A stretch of 43,611 nt of DNA from Candidatus Uhrbacteria bacterium (lineage in GTDB: Bacteria; Patescibacteriota; Patescibacteriia; UBA9934; UBA11717), in NCBI GenBank assembly GCA_003509895.1, contig DOMJ01000003.1:351-43961 (forward strand), written 5' to 3'. Below are positions 26,705 through 37,333 of this stretch, one piece after another. The notes beneath the pieces are model-generated. The model was given only the letters and a program-made list of their open reading frames with translations, did no database searches and had not been told where the DNA came from. Within the stretch, counting starts at the first letter, position 1; every line of letters begins with the position of its first letter. Made by a program: the position numbers and the translations under genes.

Positions 26705-27332
26705 CGCGATTTCCGCCATGGTGGTAGATGTTCTGCTTGTTGTGAGAGATCGAGCGTTTTTTGCATGCGAACAAGAAAAAAAATCCGTTCGTATTACAGA
26801 TGTTTTAGGAAAGAGCTACCCACGATCCCTCAGGGCATACGTAGGCAGAGTCTCTGAAGAGGTGTGCCTCCAGCAGATAGAGGAGATGGCGTCACGATTG
26901 GGATCAGACTCCTCCTTATTTCAGGACGTGCCAAAATTGGGAGAGAAAAACGATCTTTTTCTGGCATGCCTTGATGTGTTGAAGACGGATTTGTTGAAAA
27001 ACCTCACTTCAGCCGTGGAGCAGCGGTCATTTTTTGGCAGATATTGCGCGCATATTGTCCGTGGGGGTGCTCTCTATGAGCGAGCGTTTATACGTGAAGT
27101 TCAGGAACTACTCTTGTACGCCGGTCAAGGAGATTCGCCGTTGATTCAGATTGCTGCTGATCTTTCAGAATCAGAAAAGCAAGAGATATTGTGTGCCGTG
27201 CCAATGCCAGGCATTCCTGCGATACAGGTGCACAGAGAGTTATTGGGTGGTGTGCGACAGTTTTATAACGGAACGATGCAGGATGATAGTTGGCGGGCGC
27301 GACTGATACGCGTGTTAAATGTTGTTACATAG
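26694..27332 (+). CDS. atpH: ATP synthase F1 subunit delta, highly divergent
   Basis: Lies between atpF and atpA. C-terminal VHRELLGGV...DDSWRARL matches the delta C-terminal motif. Confidence 0.7.
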   Translation: MVSNAISAMVVDVLLVVRDRAFFACEQEKKSVRITDVLGKSYPRSLRAYVGRVSEEVCLQQIEEMASRLGSDSSLFQDVPKLGEKNDLFLACLDVLKTDLLKNLTSAVEQRSFFGRYCAHIVRGGALYERAFIREVQELLLYAGQGDSPLIQIAADLSESEKQEILCAVPMPGIPAIQVHRELLGGVRQFYNGTMQDDSWRARLIRVLNVVT

Positions 27333-27334
27333 AT

Positions 27335-28843
27335 ATGGCAAACGAATCATTACAAAAATTTTTTCACGGGCTCGATAGCGCTCTTCAGCACCTTGAGCAA
27401 TCAACACAAACGCAGGAAGCAGGAGTGATCCGATCCGTGAAGGATGGAGTGATCCACGTGTACGGGTTACTGGGATTGCGTATGGGGGAGGTTGTTCGAA
27501 TTGACGAGGCAGGCGTGGAGGCACTCGTGATGCAGTTGGAGGGCAGAAACGCCTACGCAGTTTTATTGCAGGCAAGTCAATCCGTAAAGGAGGGCCAGGC
27601 GGTCCAGACAACGGGTCAGTTTTTGGGAGTGCGGGTGAGCGAGCAGATTCTTGGTCGCGTTGTAGACGCGCTTGGCCGTCCTTTAGATGAACAGACACCA
27701 TTGAAGGGTGGGTCTTTTATGCCTTTGGAGCGTATTGCACCGGGTGTTATGACGCGCGAACCGGTTTCCGAACCCGTACAAACAGGTATTGTGGCGATTG
27801 ATGCCATGATTCCAATTGGTCGCGGACAACGAGAGTTGATTATTGGAGACAGACAAACAGGAAAAACAACTGTCGCCATAGACGCTATCTTAAACCAAAA
27901 AGGTCAGGGGATGGTGTGCGTGTACGTGGCCATTGGACAACGCGAATCAAGTGTTGCGACGGTTGTGCGAACACTACAAGCGCAGGGTGCTATGGAATAC
28001 ACAGTTGTTGTTAACGCTTCTGCCGCTTCGCCTGCCGTAACCCAATACCTTGCCCCATACACGGGAGCAGCGATCGGCGAGTATTTTATGGAGAAGGGTC
28101 AGGATGTGCTTATTGTCTACGATGATCTGTCCAGACATGCCGTCAGCTACCGTGAACTTTCTCTTTTGCTGCGACGACCACCGGGACGTGAAGCCTATCC
28201 GGGAGACGTGTTTTATTTGCACTCTCGTCTTTTGGAGCGCGCGGCGCGTTTGGATGCAAAACATGGGGGTGGCAGCATGACGGCTCTTCCCATTGTAGAG
28301 ACGCAGGCAAACGATGTGTCTGCCTATATTCCGACAAACGTTATTTCTATTACCGACGGACAGATCTTTTTGGAGTCTGACTTGTTTTATAGTGGCACAC
28401 GTCCGGCTATTAACATTGGTGTTTCCGTATCTCGCGTGGGAGGAGCGGCACAAACAAAGATCATGAAGAAAGTCTCCGGAAGCGCTAAGCTTGATCTTGC
28501 GCAGTACTATGAGTTGGCGGCGTTTACCCAGTTTGCAAGTGAACTTGATGACGCAACAAAACAACAGCTTACGCGCGGACAGCGTGTTGTTGAGGCAATG
28601 AAGCAAAAAGAAAATAGTCCGTATGCTCTTTGGAAAGAAGTCGTTGTGCTACGGGCGGCCACGGGCGGGTACTTGGATGAGATTCCGGTAGCGGAGGTAA
28701 AAGTACGCCTGGAAGCTCTTCTTCAGCGTGTCACATTGGAATATCCTGCGTTGATTAAATCCATTGAAGCGGAAAAGGTGCTCACGGACGAAATTGACGC
28801 AACACTCAATACGGCTATCGGGGCAATCGTAACGTCTTTCTAA
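27335..28843 (+). CDS. atpA: ATP synthase F1 subunit alpha
   Basis: GDRQTGKT, PPGREAYPGDVFYLHSRLLERA. Confidence 0.98.
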   Translation: MANESLQKFFHGLDSALQHLEQSTQTQEAGVIRSVKDGVIHVYGLLGLRMGEVVRIDEAGVEALVMQLEGRNAYAVLLQASQSVKEGQAVQTTGQFLGVRVSEQILGRVVDALGRPLDEQTPLKGGSFMPLERIAPGVMTREPVSEPVQTGIVAIDAMIPIGRGQRELIIGDRQTGKTTVAIDAILNQKGQGMVCVYVAIGQRESSVATVVRTLQAQGAMEYTVVVNASAASPAVTQYLAPYTGAAIGEYFMEKGQDVLIVYDDLSRHAVSYRELSLLLRRPPGREAYPGDVFYLHSRLLERAARLDAKHGGGSMTALPIVETQANDVSAYIPTNVISITDGQIFLESDLFYSGTRPAINIGVSVSRVGGAAQTKIMKKVSGSAKLDLAQYYELAAFTQFASELDDATKQQLTRGQRVVEAMKQKENSPYALWKEVVVLRAATGGYLDEIPVAEVKVRLEALLQRVTLEYPALIKSIEAEKVLTDEIDATLNTAIGAIVTSF

Positions 28844-28844
28844 C

Positions 28845-31149
<2,305 letters not shown>

Positions 31150-31150
31150 T

Positions 31151-31555
31151 ATGCCAACGTTTCGTTTGCAACTAGTAACACCCGTAGAGACGCTCTTTGA
31201 TGGAGCGGTTGATTCGGTGCGTCTGAAGACCGATCTTGGGCGCATGGAGGTATTGCCAAATCACGCAACACTCGTGGGAACGATTTTGTACTCAAAAGTA
31301 TACTCGCGCCATCTGGGGGTAGAAGAGAAGTACATTATTCGCCACGGGAGCGTGCAGGTAAATAAGCAGGGAGATGTAACAATCTTGGCGTTGGAAGCAC
31401 ACAAGGAGTCGGAAATGACGGTCAAAACGATGGAGGAATATCTGCACTTTTTGGCAGAGCAGTTGGACGACCCACATGCGTTTAATGATTATCAAAAACA
31501 GTTTTTGCAGGATCAACGAGAGGCACTTGAGCATGCCATAGCCGACGTTGAGTAG
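31151..31555 (+). CDS. atpC: ATP synthase F1 subunit epsilon
   Basis: LQLVTP, G.MEVLPNHA, last gene of the operon. Confidence 0.9.
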   Translation: MPTFRLQLVTPVETLFDGAVDSVRLKTDLGRMEVLPNHATLVGTILYSKVYSRHLGVEEKYIIRHGSVQVNKQGDVTILALEAHKESEMTVKTMEEYLHFLAEQLDDPHAFNDYQKQFLQDQREALEHAIADVE

Positions 31556-31576
31556 TGCGTAAGACCCGTAGCAGGT

Positions 31577-31604
31577 AAGACCCATGCGCGGGTCTTTTGT
31601 TTTT
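31577..31604 (+). terminator. Terminator of the atp operon
   Basis: AAGACCC-ATGCGC-GGGTCTT followed by TTGTTTT. Confidence 0.7.
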
Positions 31605-31663
31605 GATGAGGAATTCTTCTGGTAAAAGCATGAGATATAAAGGCGTTTTGTGGATAAGGAGAA

Positions 31664-31692
31664 TTGACAGAATAGTAAAATTCACGTATAGA
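31664..31692 (+). promoter_or_regulatory. Sigma70-type promoter for the ORFan cassette
   Basis: TTGACA, 17 nt, TATAGA. Confidence 0.55.
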
Positions 31693-31736
31693 AGAGCAAC
31701 CAAAAGGCCGTGATGGCTATTGGTGAAGGAGTGAAG

Positions 31737-31982
31737 ATGACGCTTGGGGAAATGTTGGATGCTCTGAAGGAGATTACTCAACGGCTCGTCCGCAATGAAC
31801 GGATCATGGGTGCGACGATGAGTCGCTACATTGAGCTCAAGGGAGAACTCTGTGCTGCTCTTTGTCGGCAGCTGCAGGTGAGGAACATCGATGAAGCGCG
31901 AGCGCTTCCCTCGGACACGGCGATGGGCGAGCGTGTCAAGAATTTGTTCGCGAGTCTTAGTCGTCACGCAGCGGCGTTCTAG
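31737..31982 (+). CDS. Small hypothetical helical protein (ORFan 1)
   Basis: RBS GAAGGAG before ATG 31737, downstream of the promoter. Confidence 0.55.
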   Translation: MTLGEMLDALKEITQRLVRNERIMGATMSRYIELKGELCAALCRQLQVRNIDEARALPSDTAMGERVKNLFASLSRHAAAF

Positions 31983-32022
31983 TCGGAAGACGGTCCACTG
32001 GGACCGCAGAGAGGAGAAAGAG

Positions 32023-32337
32023 ATGATCATTACGGTGCAAGAGGCGCTGCGGCGCGTAGAACGAATCAGGGGCATCTCGGCCGATACCAGGGCGGAGATT
32101 CCGATGGGATGGGAGGACACCCTTGCGGAGCTCGTGGATGGCCTTCTCGTTGACATCTTCCGGCAGTGCCAGGTGTGCGAGGTTGGTGGTCTGACGGACG
32201 ATCATCAACGAGAGCTGCTCGATGCAGTCGCGAATCTCTCGTTCAACGCACTGGTGAAGCACGGACAGCTGGTGGCGCCAAGCAGGCCCCAGCTTCTCCC
32301 GGCTCCGGTCCGTCCTCCTCGGGGCTGGAGGCTCTGA
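32023..32337 (+). CDS. Small hypothetical protein (ORFan 2)
   Basis: RBS GAGGAG before ATG 32023, followed by a hairpin and T-run. Confidence 0.55.
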   Translation: MIITVQEALRRVERIRGISADTRAEIPMGWEDTLAELVDGLLVDIFRQCQVCEVGGLTDDHQRELLDAVANLSFNALVKHGQLVAPSRPQLLPAPVRPPRGWRL

Positions 32338-32348
32338 TTACGATTGAG

Positions 32349-32400
32349 GTGCACTCGTGCGGCAGGTCCTCTGCCGGCTCGCGGGTGCGCTGATTTTTTT
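32349..32400 (+). terminator. Terminator after ORFan 2
   Basis: GCACTCGTG-CGGCAG-GTCCT-CTGCCG-GCT-CGCGGGTGC then TTTTTTT. Confidence 0.6.
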
Positions 32401-32505
32401 ATGCACGCGCTACGCCACCCTTGCTTTTATTACAAAACGTGCTTTAATACCACCGCGCTGCAATGCTGCAGCCGGAACAGGCCTCCAAGAGGCCGAGAGG
32501 AAGAG

Positions 32506-32823
32506 ATGCGAGCAGGCATTGCGATCGCGAATGCGATCAAAGCGAACATGAAGAATCTGGGAGACGATGAGTTCGGTAGGTCGCTGTCCACCGTGACCGC
32601 CCTTCTCACCGTTATGACAGAGTCTGTGGACGAATGCCACCTTGATGAGGTGACCGCCTGTCTGGAGGCCGTCATGGGCAGTGAACGACTGCAGATAGAC
32701 CCGAGGGCGGGTACTGCGTTCGAACGTGCCACTTGTACCAATCTGTTGGGTGAGCTGGAGTATAAGCTCAAGGAACGCAAGACGGCGCTGGAAGAGGCGC
32801 ACAGACGCATCAGACACTACTAG
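32506..32823 (+). CDS. Small hypothetical helical protein (ORFan 3)
   Basis: RBS GAGAGGAAGAG before ATG 32506, followed by a TAAAGGGG...TCCCTTTA hairpin. Confidence 0.55.
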   Translation: MRAGIAIANAIKANMKNLGDDEFGRSLSTVTALLTVMTESVDECHLDEVTACLEAVMGSERLQIDPRAGTAFERATCTNLLGELEYKLKERKTALEEAHRRIRHY

Positions 32824-32901
32824 CTACGACGTAAAGGGGCCCGAGTGGTCCCTTTAAATTATCTTGACGCAGACCGCTCAAATCGCTACACTCAACACAC
32901 T

Positions 32902-34524
32902 ATGGCACAACGAATTTCAAAAAATATCTTGCAAGCAGACGGAATCTTTTGGGGAAAAGCCATAGCGGAAGAGATTATTCGTCAACGGCCGGAGAAAGAT
33001 GTTTATGTTGTTTCTTCCGGTATCAGTCCTTCGGGGCCCATCCATTTTGGAAACTTTCGGGAAATTGTTACGCAGCACGTGGTGAAGCGGGAACTTGAGC
33101 AGCTGGGAAAAAAGGTCCGTTTTGTTTTTGTGTGGGATGATTTTGATGCAATGCGAAAAGTGCCCGCAGGCGTGGATGAGAGCTTTGCTGAATTTCTACG
33201 CAAACCGCTTTCCGCTATCCCATCTCCCACAGGAGAGGGGAACTGGGCACAGGTGCATGAGCGTGTGTTTGAGGCAACACTCAAAGAATTTGGAATAGAA
33301 ACAGAATTTTTGTATCAAACACAGGCGTACAAGAGCGGACAGTACGACGCCTTTCTGAAAACGGCCATGCAAAAACGGGAGGTGATCGCCCGTATTTTGT
33401 TGCGTCACATGTCGGACAAGGCAAAAGCAGCTAAGGAAATTGTGGAAGAGACATATGTGGCAACCTTTTATCCCGTCTCTGTTTTTTCTTCTTGGACGGG
33501 CAAGGATACAACGGAGATTTTGGCGTACGACGGAGAGAGCACTATCACGTATCGTTGTTTAGAAACAGGTAAGGAGGAAACGATTGATTTTACACAAACG
33601 CATCAAATGAAGTTTGCTTGGAAGGTAGACTGGGCTATGCGTTGGGCACTTATGGGCGTAGATTTTGAATCCGCCGGCAAGGATCACAATTCGCCAAACG
33701 GGTCGTTTGATGTGAGCTCGGACATTGTACGCGAGGTATTTGAGGCGGAGGGCCCTATTGGTCTTGCGTATGAATTTATTGGTATACAGGGGTTGGGAGC
33801 AAAAATGAGCGGTTCCAAAGGGAACGCAGTGACCCCCGGTCAACTCGTAGAGATGTACGAAATTCCACTTTTGTTGTGGCTGTATGCGCGCAAGCTTCCG
33901 TCTCAGCGATTTGATTTGGCGTTTAATTCGGAAATCGTGCGACAATATAGCGAGTTTGATCGTGAGATTGAATTATTGCATAAGGGAGAATTATCCGATG
34001 TGCGCGTGGAGGCGTTAAAGGTGGCCGGAGCAGACATGACGCCGGTTAATCCTATTCCGTTGCGGCAGGCAATCGCGCTCGGGCAGATTGTGCAATGGGA
34101 TGTAAAAAAGGTTGTTTTTATGCTCACGTCGCTCCAGATGGATTACAATCAGGCGAGCGTGGCCTCCAGACTTCAAAAAGCGCGTGCCTATTTGGAAACC
34201 TATAATCGGGAGGAGATGGTTGCTCTGCGCGAGGAGATGAACACGGGATATCAAGCAACGTTAACAGCTGATCGGAAAGCCGCCATTCAACAATTGCGAC
34301 AATTTTTGCAGAGTGGGGAGGAACAAATTGACGTTATTGAGAAAGAAATGTACGAGATTCCCAAGCGAGAGGGGATGGATGAGAAGGAGCTCAAGATGGC
34401 GCAGCGAGCCTTTTTTACAGACGTGTACAATTTGTTGATCGGTAAAGACACCGGTCCGCGATTGTCTACGTTTTTATGGGCCATTGATCGTCAAAAAGCG
34501 CTAGAACTCTTAGACGTATCGTAA
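32902..34524 (+). CDS. lysS: Lysine--tRNA ligase, class I
   Basis: SGISPSGPIHFGNFRE, WDDFDAMRKVP, WKVDWAMRW, GKDH, KMSGSKGN, GPRL. Confidence 0.96.
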   Translation: MAQRISKNILQADGIFWGKAIAEEIIRQRPEKDVYVVSSGISPSGPIHFGNFREIVTQHVVKRELEQLGKKVRFVFVWDDFDAMRKVPAGVDESFAEFLRKPLSAIPSPTGEGNWAQVHERVFEATLKEFGIETEFLYQTQAYKSGQYDAFLKTAMQKREVIARILLRHMSDKAKAAKEIVEETYVATFYPVSVFSSWTGKDTTEILAYDGESTITYRCLETGKEETIDFTQTHQMKFAWKVDWAMRWALMGVDFESAGKDHNSPNGSFDVSSDIVREVFEAEGPIGLAYEFIGIQGLGAKMSGSKGNAVTPGQLVEMYEIPLLLWLYARKLPSQRFDLAFNSEIVRQYSEFDREIELLHKGELSDVRVEALKVAGADMTPVNPIPLRQAIALGQIVQWDVKKVVFMLTSLQMDYNQASVASRLQKARAYLETYNREEMVALREEMNTGYQATLTADRKAAIQQLRQFLQSGEEQIDVIEKEMYEIPKREGMDEKELKMAQRAFFTDVYNLLIGKDTGPRLSTFLWAIDRQKALELLDVS

Positions 34525-34536
34525 TATGCCATAATC

Positions 34537-34559
34537 AACCCCTGCTTTGCGGGGGTTTT
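34537..34559 (+). terminator. Terminator after lysS
   Basis: AACCCCTGC-TTT-GCGGGGGTT-TT. Confidence 0.7.
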
Positions 34560-34581
34560 GGTTTGTGTACACACGTATTCC

Positions 34582-34610
34582 TTGACAGGGTGTTGGAAAT
34601 GACATAGATT
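34582..34610 (+). promoter_or_regulatory. Sigma70-type promoter for ORFan 4
   Basis: TTGACA, 17 nt, TAGATT. Confidence 0.6.
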
Positions 34611-34643
34611 TCTATCCGACCTTATCGGTCGGCGGAAGAAATC

Positions 34644-35021
34644 ATGGACGTTGTAAAGCCTGTTTTATTGAGACTGATTGGCATGTTCGTGGACAGCAAG
34701 GGGGTCTGGGAGCTGGTTGTTGGCTGGGACCAGGAGGCGCGGGCCTGCACGCTGCGGGAGATCCTGCGGCGGGCCTGGATGTGTTACCGGCTGGCGGACC
34801 AGCTGGACCGGGTAGGACTTCTGACGGAGGCACTGAGAACACCATCCGTGGTAATTCTGCCACGTCTCAGCTTCATCAACGAGGCGGAACGCCTCTTGGA
34901 TGCGCAGGCGGAAGTGGCTTACATGGCCACACACAAGGCGTGTCCGGCGCAATGTCCGCGCGAATTGTTCTATGATGAGGGACCACCTACCCAGCACGGC
35001 GTGGTGTCCATCGAAGCCTAG
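34644..35021 (+). CDS. Small hypothetical protein (ORFan 4)
   Basis: 125-aa ORF between its own promoter and a terminator-like hairpin (CAGCGAG...CTCGCTG-AATTTTTT). Confidence 0.5.
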   Translation: MDVVKPVLLRLIGMFVDSKGVWELVVGWDQEARACTLREILRRAWMCYRLADQLDRVGLLTEALRTPSVVILPRLSFINEAERLLDAQAEVAYMATHKACPAQCPRELFYDEGPPTQHGVVSIEA

Positions 35022-35100
35022 CGGAACACGTCCGCCTTCACAGCGAGAGCCGTCCTGGCCCTCGCTGAATTTTTTGAAGCCTCTGTGATAAGATAGAAAC

Positions 35101-35709
35101 ATGATGCAGGACCAGAAACAGCGGGCAATGCAGGCTATTCACAAGGAACTTGTGGCCTTTCATGTATCCCCGTTGTATGAAGAACGGATTCAAAGCGGGA
35201 TGCAGCCCGTAATAGGAGAAGGATCATTGCAGGCGCGCGTGGTGTTTATTGGAGAGGCACCCGGCAAAAAAGAGGCGTTGTCCGGCCGGCCGTTTTGTGG
35301 AGCATCCGGAAAAGTCCTAGATCAACTACTGGAAGAATCCGATTTGGCTCGTGAAGACGTGTACATCACGAACATTGTAAAAGATCGACCGCCCAATAAT
35401 CGAGATCCAAAGCCTGAAGAGATAACGCTCTATGGACCATTTTTGGACAGGCAGCTCTTCATTATTCAACCACAGATTATTGCAACGCTTGGCCGATTTT
35501 CTATGGAGTATATCCTGCGTCGTTATGGATTGGAGGATCAACTGAGATCGATCTCCGAGGCACACGGTGTTGCCCATACGGCTATCACGGATTTTGGCCC
35601 TGTGTGTATCCTGCCGCTCTACCACCCGGCGGTTGCTGTGTATAATAGAAAGAGGTTTGACGAGCTGCTTACGGATATGCAATTACTCAACTCTTTTTAC
35701 TCGCATTGA
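35101..35709 (+). CDS. Uracil-DNA glycosylase, family 4-like
   Basis: GEAPGKKE...GRPFCGASG, YITNIVK.RPPNNRDP, YHPA. Confidence 0.92.
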   Translation: MMQDQKQRAMQAIHKELVAFHVSPLYEERIQSGMQPVIGEGSLQARVVFIGEAPGKKEALSGRPFCGASGKVLDQLLEESDLAREDVYITNIVKDRPPNNRDPKPEEITLYGPFLDRQLFIIQPQIIATLGRFSMEYILRRYGLEDQLRSISEAHGVAHTAITDFGPVCILPLYHPAVAVYNRKRFDELLTDMQLLNSFYSH

Positions 35710-35719
35710 AAAATACGGT

Positions 35720-36304
35720 ATGTCATGCGGATCCGTGGAAGTTATTTGCGGTGGAATGTTCTCCGGAAAAACCGAAGAACTATTGAGGCGTATGAGACGT
35801 GAGCAATACGCTCGACGCAGAATTCAGCTGTTTAAACATGGTTTTGATCAACGCTATACGGAGGGTCATGTAGAATCTCACTCATCGCTTAAACTTCCGT
35901 CGGAGGAAGTGACAACGGCGGCTGAACTGTTTGCTCAGGTTAAAACAGATACGCGTGTTGTAGGTATTGATGAGGTGCAATTCTTTGACGATGAGATTGT
36001 CTCTGTGGTAAATCAACTCGCAGACCGTGGCATACGCGTGATTGTTGCGGGACTGGACACGGACTATAAGGGTGTGCCATTTGGCCCAATACCTCATTTA
36101 ATGGCAATCGCCGAGGACGTAACCAAGATTCGCGCTGTGTGCGTGCTCTGCGGCGGGCCCGCAAGCAGATCTCATAGATTAAGCAGAGAAGGAGATCAGG
36201 TGGAGGTGGGGGCTGCAGATGTCTATGAGGCTCGTTGCCGATCCTGTGACGGGCTCCATGTGTGTAATGTTTATCAATCACATTTTTATGAAACGACTCA
36301 TTAG
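35720..36304 (+). CDS. tdk: Thymidine kinase
   Basis: GGMFSGKTEEL, IDEVQFF, AGLDTDYKG.PF, CVLC and CRSC Zn sites. Confidence 0.96.
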   Translation: MSCGSVEVICGGMFSGKTEELLRRMRREQYARRRIQLFKHGFDQRYTEGHVESHSSLKLPSEEVTTAAELFAQVKTDTRVVGIDEVQFFDDEIVSVVNQLADRGIRVIVAGLDTDYKGVPFGPIPHLMAIAEDVTKIRAVCVLCGGPASRSHRLSREGDQVEVGAADVYEARCRSCDGLHVCNVYQSHFYETTH

Positions 36305-36812
36305 TATCCTGTTTGCCTTTATTTTGTTGGGTGCCGGCTGCGCATCGTCCACAACGGAATCAACCGTTGCACAATCAACCTGGTTTTTAACCCGTGTAGA
36401 CGAGCAACCGCTGTACGCTTTTCGTCCGTATTGGCAGGCGCGTGTAGACTTTCCCTCCTACCCCGAGCGATCCCGTATAGATGGGAACGATCGCGTTTGG
36501 CTTCAAAATGTGGCTGCACCGGTGCGCGTGGAGGATTACCCCTACAAGACAACGATTGATTATTACGAGGGTGATGATTGGATTGTGTTAGACACGATTG
36601 CTTTTGATCCAAAATCCACCATGCCCTCCAGTGCGGAGCTGCGCCAAATAGGAGGCAAAACAATTGGAGTGATTCCAAACGGAACGGGCGCGTTTACGAT
36701 GTATTTTCTGAAAACAGACGGTGGGCTGTTTCAAATCATTCCCTATCATGGAAGTGGGGTGAGTGACCAAGAGGTAGAAGCGCTGATGGGACAACTGGAA
36801 GATAACACATGA
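36288..36812 (+). CDS. Putative lipoprotein, unknown function
   Basis: MKRLISILFAFILLGAGC signal. Confidence 0.7.
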   Translation: MKRLISILFAFILLGAGCASSTTESTVAQSTWFLTRVDEQPLYAFRPYWQARVDFPSYPERSRIDGNDRVWLQNVAAPVRVEDYPYKTTIDYYEGDDWIVLDTIAFDPKSTMPSSAELRQIGGKTIGVIPNGTGAFTMYFLKTDGGLFQIIPYHGSGVSDQEVEALMGQLEDNT

Positions 36813-37285
36813 TGCTGTACTACCTAGGGACACTGTACGAGGTGAGTCCATATAGGAAGTTTGACGAGCGATATATTTGGTTTGAGCAAGGATCATGTTT
36901 TGTATCCATGCCGCAGGGTGATGTGCAACAGATACGGCATTTGGTGAACAAATGGGTGGAGCGGGAGGCAAAGGTCTACCTTACACAACGCGTTCGTCAG
37001 TTGTCGCAGGAGACGGATTGGCACGTGCACCGTGTATCGTTTAGACGGCAATCCACTATTTGGGGGAGCTGCAGTAGTCAAAAAAATCTGAGTTTGAATT
37101 TGCAGTTGATTCATTTGGATCCCGCACTGATTGATTATGTGTTGATTCATGAGCTGGCGCATACACGAGAGATGAATCATTCAAGAGCTTTTTGGCATCT
37201 GGTGGCACAGCATTGTCCGGATTATCCACAGATAAAGCGCGCGCTCCTAGATGCACACAGAACAATAAAAGAGCACGCTCGGTAG
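36809..37285 (+). CDS. YgjP/DUF45-like zinc metallohydrolase (M48/SprT-like)
   Basis: WGSCS, LNLQL, DYVLIHELAH, NHSRAFW. Confidence 0.88.
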   Translation: MMLYYLGTLYEVSPYRKFDERYIWFEQGSCFVSMPQGDVQQIRHLVNKWVEREAKVYLTQRVRQLSQETDWHVHRVSFRRQSTIWGSCSSQKNLSLNLQLIHLDPALIDYVLIHELAHTREMNHSRAFWHLVAQHCPDYPQIKRALLDAHRTIKEHAR

Positions 37286-37333
37286 GTTTGTGCGGCCTGC
37301 CGTGAATTTTTCTATCTGTGCTAAAATGCGCAC

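Noticed and set aside
31482..32817. Minus-strand ORFs 31482-32156, 32410-32817 and 32430-32810
   Set aside because: They shadow + strand ORFs that have promoters, RBSs and terminators, and the first overlaps atpC and its terminator.
31600..35100. Prophage or integrative element around the ORFans
   Set aside because: No integrase, transposase, phage structural gene or flanking att repeats, and the essential lysS lies in the middle.
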